Positions 15,064-20,000 of a stretch of DNA of 20,000 bases are shown piece after piece; positions within the stretch are counted from its first letter, which is position 1; the number at the start of each line of letters is the position of its first letter. Under the pieces are notes generated by a model. It was not told the DNA's origin, made no database searches, and saw only the letters and a list, made by a program, of their open reading frames with translations. The position numbers were made by a program, and so were the translations under genes. Origin of the DNA: an uncultured virus (IMG/VR IMGVR_UViG_3300025769_000092) (taxonomy: Duplodnaviria > Heunggongvirae > Uroviricota > Caudoviricetes); IMG/VR virus record IMGVR_UViG_3300025769_000092; one strand, given 5' to 3'.

Positions 15064-15858
15064 ATGAAAAAAGGAAATAACATAAGACCTGTAGGTTTAA
15101 AAGGAAATGATAAATTAAATAGAATGAAAGAACTTATGGGTTCTACATCTATTAATGAAGATGTTAAACGTTCTGTTGTTGAATTGACTAAAGAAGGGCC
15201 AGATGGCAATATTTATGCAATTGTAAGAGAAAATCAAGAATATTATATTAAAATTTCTGAAAATAAAAGTAATTTAGTAACCGAAGATTTTAATTACATC
15301 GGTGGATTACAAAATAAGAAGGATAAATCATTTTCATCTTATTCCAAAGCTATCAAGCAATTAAACCTTAAGTTTATGAGTCTTAATGAAGCTATTGGTA
15401 AATCTGGACAAATCAATGTATTTGAAGATGATAATTTAATTACAGAACATCACCCACTTAAAGCTGATATGAAATTATCTGCTGATAAGGGTATTGGTGA
15501 TGGTGCTGAATACGTAGTTGATAAGAAGGGTGCTGAATTAAAGTACGACAATAAAGAAGGTAAAGATGCTGACGGTTTCGGTGATAACGTTGCTGATTCT
15601 ACTGCTGAAAAAGATATTGAAGAAGTTAAGTTAAACGAAACTGAAACTGCTATCGATGAGATGATTACTGGTGAAGAAGTAATTGAAGAGGAAGTAAAGG
15701 AAGAATCTAAGAAAGGGTTCTCAATTGCTAGAGCTATACAAGAAATGGATGATGTTATCGATGAAATTTCTGGTGATGACAAAATTGATACTATTCTTGA
15801 ATCACTTGGTGAAGAAGAAAGAGCTATCATGATGGAAGCTTTAAAAAAAAAAGTCTAA
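15064..15858 (+). CDS. Acidic hypothetical protein, putative virion/head-associated; ends at a slippery A10 run
   Basis: 264 aa with many (I/L)xE motifs; ends LKKKV*. Confidence 0.8.
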   Translation: MKKGNNIRPVGLKGNDKLNRMKELMGSTSINEDVKRSVVELTKEGPDGNIYAIVRENQEYYIKISENKSNLVTEDFNYIGGLQNKKDKSFSSYSKAIKQLNLKFMSLNEAIGKSGQINVFEDDNLITEHHPLKADMKLSADKGIGDGAEYVVDKKGAELKYDNKEGKDADGFGDNVADSTAEKDIEEVKLNETETAIDEMITGEEVIEEEVKEESKKGFSIARAIQEMDDVIDEISGDDKIDTILESLGEEERAIMMEALKKKV

Positions 15859-15884
15859 AGAGTAATGATTCATCTCTAAATGAG

Positions 15885-17594
15885 ATGAGATTTGATGGTA
15901 AGAAACCAATCGAATTTTCCGATGAAACTGTTGAATTAGAACAGGATAATCTAGAAGAAGAAACTAAATACAAGTTGAAGCTGGACGCACCGAGCGAGCC
16001 AGCTTCTTCTGTTTCTAGTGATGAGGAGTCATTAGATGCTTTTGCTGATGCTGAAGGTGATGAAGAATTATCTTTTGATGATGAAAAAGAAGTTAAGGGT
16101 GGAAACGATAAACCATTTGATGACACACCATTCGATGCTGGTGTTGAAGCTGATGAAGATGAAGACCCAGAAAAATTCATACAACAACTTGCTGGTAAAT
16201 TAGGGACATCTCTTAGAAAATATAATGATGAGAGAGGTGAACCAGATTTTGATTTAGAGAAATACGCTATTAATAGTGTGATATCCGCTACTCACACAGC
16301 TGAAATGGATGAAGAGGACCAAAAGGATATTATTAAGAAAGTTAAGATGTCTGGTGCTGGTGATGATAATGATGACATTGATAAGGATTTAGATATGGAT
16401 TCTGAAGAACCAGCTGAAGACCCAAAACCAGAAGCTGAAGGTGATGAATTAGAAGAAGGTAGTAATTTAGACCCATATCACGGTTTTAGTGATAAAACTT
16501 TAAGGGGTGCTTTGATGCATAAGTTGAATATTTCTCCAATAGATTTAAAAGCAAAAGGAGATTTAGAAAAACTATCTAGGGACGAATTAGAAAAAAAATT
16601 AAACTCCTTAAAAGGTAATAAATTAGAAGAAGGTAGCCGTGAGGGTGAGTCTATGGCTAATAGTGAAATACCTCCTACTGATGATGATTATTCAATAGCA
16701 ACAGAGTTTAAGAAAGAATTAGAGAAAGAGAAAGAGGAAAAAGACAGCGAAAATTTAGTTGGAAAGGCTATGGCTAAATCTGAGATTAAAGAGCTTTTTG
16801 GTAAAAAAAAGATAGACACAAGTGATTTACCTCAAGATATTAAGGATGAGATTGAGAAGTTAAGAGCTGCTGGTAAGAGCGAGGAAGAGATTGAAGACGA
16901 AATATTACACCCACAAGCTAAGAAAGACGGTATTACGTTAAAAAAAAAAGGTTTTAAGTTAGTGGGTGAGGAAGAAGAAAAATTATATGAAGAATCTTGG
17001 GCAGACCCAATGGAATTAAAAGAGGGTGTTGAAGTTTCTGATAACTTAAAGCATCACTTAGATAATAAAATCGCATTAGGTGAAAACGTATTTAGATACG
17101 GTTCAGATAAGCATGTTGAATTATATACTGAAGTAAAAGACTTACATGAAAAGGGATTAATAACTATTAATGAAAACGATGAGATTTTACTTGAGGATTT
17201 TACTGACCAGTCAATCATTATTGAGGGTGAAACAATTCTTTTAAACCTTATTATTGAGGACAGTGGTGAATATATTCTTGAGGGTGATAAATATAAGGGT
17301 AAGAAAACCAATTCACCAACTAGGGGTGCTGGCGGTGGAAAGGCATATAAGGTATTTGTGCCTGGATGTGCTAAGGAAACTAAATCAAACCCAAGAGGTA
17401 TTAAAAAAGTAACATTTGGTTCTGGTGGACTTAAGGCTAAATTAACTAACAAAGATGCTAAGAAGTCATATAACGCTAGACACGGGTGTTCTAAGGGTAA
17501 ACATAACGATAAATGTAAAGCTGGATATTGGTCATGCAGATTACCTAGATATGCTAATAAACTAGGTTTATCTGGTGGTGGTACTTGGTGGTAA
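15885..17594 (+). CDS. Large modular protein (acidic N-terminal part, basic Cys/His C-terminal domain); possibly expressed by -1 frameshift from the upstream ORF
   Basis: 569 aa. The frame is open upstream through the A10 run. It ends in a KKVTFG...SYNARHGC...AGYWSCR module. Confidence 0.8.
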   Translation: MRFDGKKPIEFSDETVELEQDNLEEETKYKLKLDAPSEPASSVSSDEESLDAFADAEGDEELSFDDEKEVKGGNDKPFDDTPFDAGVEADEDEDPEKFIQQLAGKLGTSLRKYNDERGEPDFDLEKYAINSVISATHTAEMDEEDQKDIIKKVKMSGAGDDNDDIDKDLDMDSEEPAEDPKPEAEGDELEEGSNLDPYHGFSDKTLRGALMHKLNISPIDLKAKGDLEKLSRDELEKKLNSLKGNKLEEGSREGESMANSEIPPTDDDYSIATEFKKELEKEKEEKDSENLVGKAMAKSEIKELFGKKKIDTSDLPQDIKDEIEKLRAAGKSEEEIEDEILHPQAKKDGITLKKKGFKLVGEEEEKLYEESWADPMELKEGVEVSDNLKHHLDNKIALGENVFRYGSDKHVELYTEVKDLHEKGLITINENDEILLEDFTDQSIIIEGETILLNLIIEDSGEYILEGDKYKGKKTNSPTRGAGGGKAYKVFVPGCAKETKSNPRGIKKVTFGSGGLKAKLTNKDAKKSYNARHGCSKGKHNDKCKAGYWSCRLPRYANKLGLSGGGTWW

Positions 17595-17606
17595 AATATA
17601 ATTAAT

Positions 17607-18815
17607 ATGGATAGGTTACAAAATTATATGTTTTTTGAGAATCTAGAGCAAATCTCTAGAGATATTAATAAATTAATGTCGTTAGACAAAGAAAAGATTG
17701 ACGCTATTATAAGTAATGGGCATGATTGGGTTGGTGAGCATATAACAACCGCAAAGGATGATATCGAAGAAATCACTAACTTTTTATTAAGTAATGCTCA
17801 AGAAGATAAACCATATGGTGAAGAGATTGGTGAGAATGGTATTATTAGAAGGACTTTCTCTGAGAATGTTAATGAATCTGAACTAGAGTGGCATAGAGAT
17901 AAAGAAGATAGAATTGTTTTACCCATTAATGAAAATGATTGGTCAATTCAATTTGACAATGAATTACCTAAGAAGTTAAACGTAAACGAAGAGTTCTTTA
18001 TACCAAAAGAAACTTTCCATAGAGTTATTAAGGGTTCTACTGATTTAGTAGTTGAGGTCATTAAAACAACTTTTGAAGAAGATGAGTATGAATTATTTGA
18101 AGCATACGAAACTTACGAAGTTATAGAAGAGGGTAAAAAGAAGAAGAAAAAGAAGAAGAAAAAGAAGAAGAAGAAAACTAAAAAAGATGCTTGCTATTAT
18201 AAGGTTAAGGGTAGATATAAGGTTTGGCCTTCGGCATACGCTTCTGGAGCATTAACTACATGTAGAAACGTTGGTGCTGCTAACTGGGGTAATAGTACTG
18301 ATGAATCTGAATTAGATGAAGCTAAAAAGAGAAAACTAACAGCCAAGCCAAGTTCTGAAACAAATCTAGGTGATTGGTTTAAGAGAAAAGGCGCTAAAGG
18401 TAAAACAGGTGGATGGGTTGATTGTAATACTTGTAGAAAAGATTCTAAGACTGGTAGAAATAAATGTAAACCTTGTGGTAGAAAAGAAGGTGAGAAGAGA
18501 GCTAAGTACCCAGCATGTAGACCAACACCAGGAGCTTGTAAAGCAAAAGGTAAGGGTAAAAAGTGGGGTAAAAAGTCAAAGAAGAACGAAAACTTGCAAG
18601 AATCACATAAAAATACTATATTTGTAGAAAACATAGATATGAAAGACCTTATAGTACATAACTTACACGAAACGACTCAGCCAGAGGTGAAGCCAGATGT
18701 TAAACCTACAGTTGTTCCTCAAAAAAATCCTTCACCATTAAGAAGAAGATTGTGGGAAAGTAAACCAGCTAGTAAACCAAAGCCTAAAATGGGTAACAAC
18801 AATGATATTGAATAA
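17607..18815 (+). CDS. Modular protein: helical domain, cupin-like domain, poly-Lys, basic Cys-rich modules and Pro-rich tail
   Basis: WHRD...FIPKETFHRVIKG (cupin-like), a K14 tract, DACYYKVKGRYKVWPSAYASGA and WVDCNTC...PCGR...PACRP. Confidence 0.8.
   Translation: MDRLQNYMFFENLEQISRDINKLMSLDKEKIDAIISNGHDWVGEHITTAKDDIEEITNFLLSNAQEDKPYGEEIGENGIIRRTFSENVNESELEWHRDKEDRIVLPINENDWSIQFDNELPKKLNVNEEFFIPKETFHRVIKGSTDLVVEVIKTTFEEDEYELFEAYETYEVIEEGKKKKKKKKKKKKKKTKKDACYYKVKGRYKVWPSAYASGALTTCRNVGAANWGNSTDESELDEAKKRKLTAKPSSETNLGDWFKRKGAKGKTGGWVDCNTCRKDSKTGRNKCKPCGRKEGEKRAKYPACRPTPGACKAKGKGKKWGKKSKKNENLQESHKNTIFVENIDMKDLIVHNLHETTQPEVKPDVKPTVVPQKNPSPLRRRLWESKPASKPKPKMGNNNDIE
18135..18170 (+). repeat. 3 x 12-bp tandem repeat AAAAAGAAGAAG encoding poly-Lys
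   Basis: Exact triplication read from the sequence. Confidence 0.85.
18594..18624 (+). promoter_or_regulatory. Intragenic Bacteroidota-type promoter
   Basis: TTG (18594-18596)-N20-TATATTTG (18617-18624); in-frame ATG at 18639. Confidence 0.55.
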
Positions 18816-19237
18816 TGGAAGAATTATACTTAATATACGTTAATAAAATTGGTGAGGACTGGACTGGAAAACATCTTTATGAATTCTTGTTTTCAGATAC
18901 AACTGAAAATGTAGATGGTGATGATTGGGATGCTTATCCAGCATCTGGTAGACCATCACCACCAAGTGAGGGTTTTGTTAAAAGAGTTGGTAAACTAGTT
19001 AGTAATGAATTAAAATTAAAATTAGTTCAAAATAATAGTGAGTTTGCTGTTTGGGATGCTGTTGATGGTGTTGTAGCTTTAGCTTGGGAAGACATGGATG
19101 ATTATGATGAATATCCAGAAAATAGAATTGCAATTCACTTTGGTGAATCAATTAAGAGTGTTGAAGATAAATTATATGAACATGATTTAGTTTTAGATTA
19201 TAACAATATTAATGAAACTATTAAAAATGAGAATTAA
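18815..19237 (+). CDS. Hypothetical acidic protein
   Basis: 140 aa; TAATG stop/start overlap with the upstream gene. Confidence 0.85.
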   Translation: MEELYLIYVNKIGEDWTGKHLYEFLFSDTTENVDGDDWDAYPASGRPSPPSEGFVKRVGKLVSNELKLKLVQNNSEFAVWDAVDGVVALAWEDMDDYDEYPENRIAIHFGESIKSVEDKLYEHDLVLDYNNINETIKNEN

Positions 19238-19922
19238 AAAGAAACATATTAAAGAAAAGGTTGAAACTATAAAAAAAGACCTTGAATCTAAAGATATAGA
19301 AAAAGAAAAAGAATCACCTATAGATGCTAAAGCAGATAAGGTTGATACAGAATTAAGTGATAAATTAGACCAGGTTAAAAAACAACTTAGACCTAGTATA
19401 GAGGGTCTTGAAGATGAACTTGAATTAATGACTGGTAGCAAAGATACTGCTGAAAAGCTTACCCAAGATATGGTTGATGCCGCACTTAAATCAGAAGGTA
19501 AAAATAAGGAAAAAGAAAGTCCTATCCATAAAGAAAAGTGGGAACGTTGTGTTAAAGATGTAAAGAAAAAATCTCCAGATGTAAATCCTTATGCTGTTTG
19601 TACAGCTTCAATAGGGTACGAAGGTTCAATTAAAAAACCACATAGAAGAAAAGATGAAAATGAAGAAAGAATAGCTTCAGATGCAATAAAGTATGGTCAA
19701 ACTCAAGGCGAGGTCGGTGATGAATTTTATGATTTACTAAAAAGTTTACCAAATGACGATAAGCCAACACCAAAAGACAACAAAGATGAACCGCTAAATG
19801 ATTTACCATTCGAGTCTGTTAAACCTAAGATGACTAAAAATGAGTTAATAGAAAGTGTTGTTGGTAAAAAAACGAGAAAAGTAATAAAAACAATTAGTAT
19901 TAAAAATTTAAGAAATGAGTAA
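19227..19922 (+). CDS. Hypothetical charged modular protein (probable start MRIKKKH)
   Basis: The track ORF is 19212..19922. It contains a KWERCVKDVKK...NPYAVCTAS module and KEKESPI twice. Confidence 0.75.
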   Translation: MRIKKKHIKEKVETIKKDLESKDIEKEKESPIDAKADKVDTELSDKLDQVKKQLRPSIEGLEDELELMTGSKDTAEKLTQDMVDAALKSEGKNKEKESPIHKEKWERCVKDVKKKSPDVNPYAVCTASIGYEGSIKKPHRRKDENEERIASDAIKYGQTQGEVGDEFYDLLKSLPNDDKPTPKDNKDEPLNDLPFESVKPKMTKNELIESVVGKKTRKVIKTISIKNLRNE

Positions 19923-20000
19923 ATATAGAGAATTAGCAAAAAAAGCTTTAGAAGAAAATAGAGGTAAGTCTAAAGAAGTTGTAAATGAAAACTATCTTTA
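19915..20000 (+). CDS. N-terminus of the next gene (MSKYRELAKKALEENRGKSKEVVNENYL...), truncated by the window end
   Basis: ATGAGTAA overlaps the upstream stop; the frame is open to the window end. Confidence 0.65.
   Translation, partial: MSKYRELAKKALEENRGKSKEVVNENYL

Noticed and set aside
19779..19789. AACAAAGATGA on the plus strand resembling the repeat core
   Set aside because: It is mid-CDS, only 11 nt long and not at a gene boundary; chance is likely in AT-rich DNA.
6757..19939. Minus-strand ORFs 6757..6942, 7306..7635, 13083..13292, 14466..14657, 15450..15830, 15827..16180, 17054..17452, 18197..18634, 19193..19441 and 19727..19939, plus the alternative-frame 18370..18627 (+)
   Set aside because: They are shadow or overlapping frames of stronger genes, with no independent signals.
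1..20000. Stop-codon recoding, tRNA or rRNA genes, and an intron in thyA
   Set aside because: Conserved genes (clpC, thyA, trxA) are full length under the standard code with dense packing. I saw no cloverleaf or rRNA-like segment, and thyA is uninterrupted.

Overview
This AT-rich window looks like part of a large tailed-phage genome, probably a jumbo phage. Its host is probably in Bacteroidota (Flavobacteriia-like), judged from repeated TTG-N20-TATATTTG promoters and a Bacteroidota-type ClpC. The layout has three parts. (i) 710-5738: a minus-strand accessory cluster of about 17 mostly small genes, headed by a PcfJ-like gene. (ii) 5.8-14.4 kb: thioredoxin, two paralogous hypotheticals, an LRR-tailed protein, a YkuK/RNase H-like protein, ClpC, a KTSC protein and ThyA. 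(iii) 14.5-20 kb: a plus-strand block of acidic/basic modular proteins that look virion- or head-associated. The most striking unexplained signal is a 23-bp element (minus strand TAAACCAAAACAAAGATGAGTAA) found 8 times exactly at gene junctions in the accessory cluster. It carries stop codons in all three frames plus the ATG of the next gene, all three stop frames are used, and it delimits unannotated micro-ORFs. This suggests a gene-cassette joint or shuffling system. Also notable are a candidate -1 frameshift (TTA AAA AAA AAA G) fusing 15064..15858 to 15885..17594 and a second identical slippery site inside the downstream ORF. All family assignments come from motif recognition only; no database searches were run.
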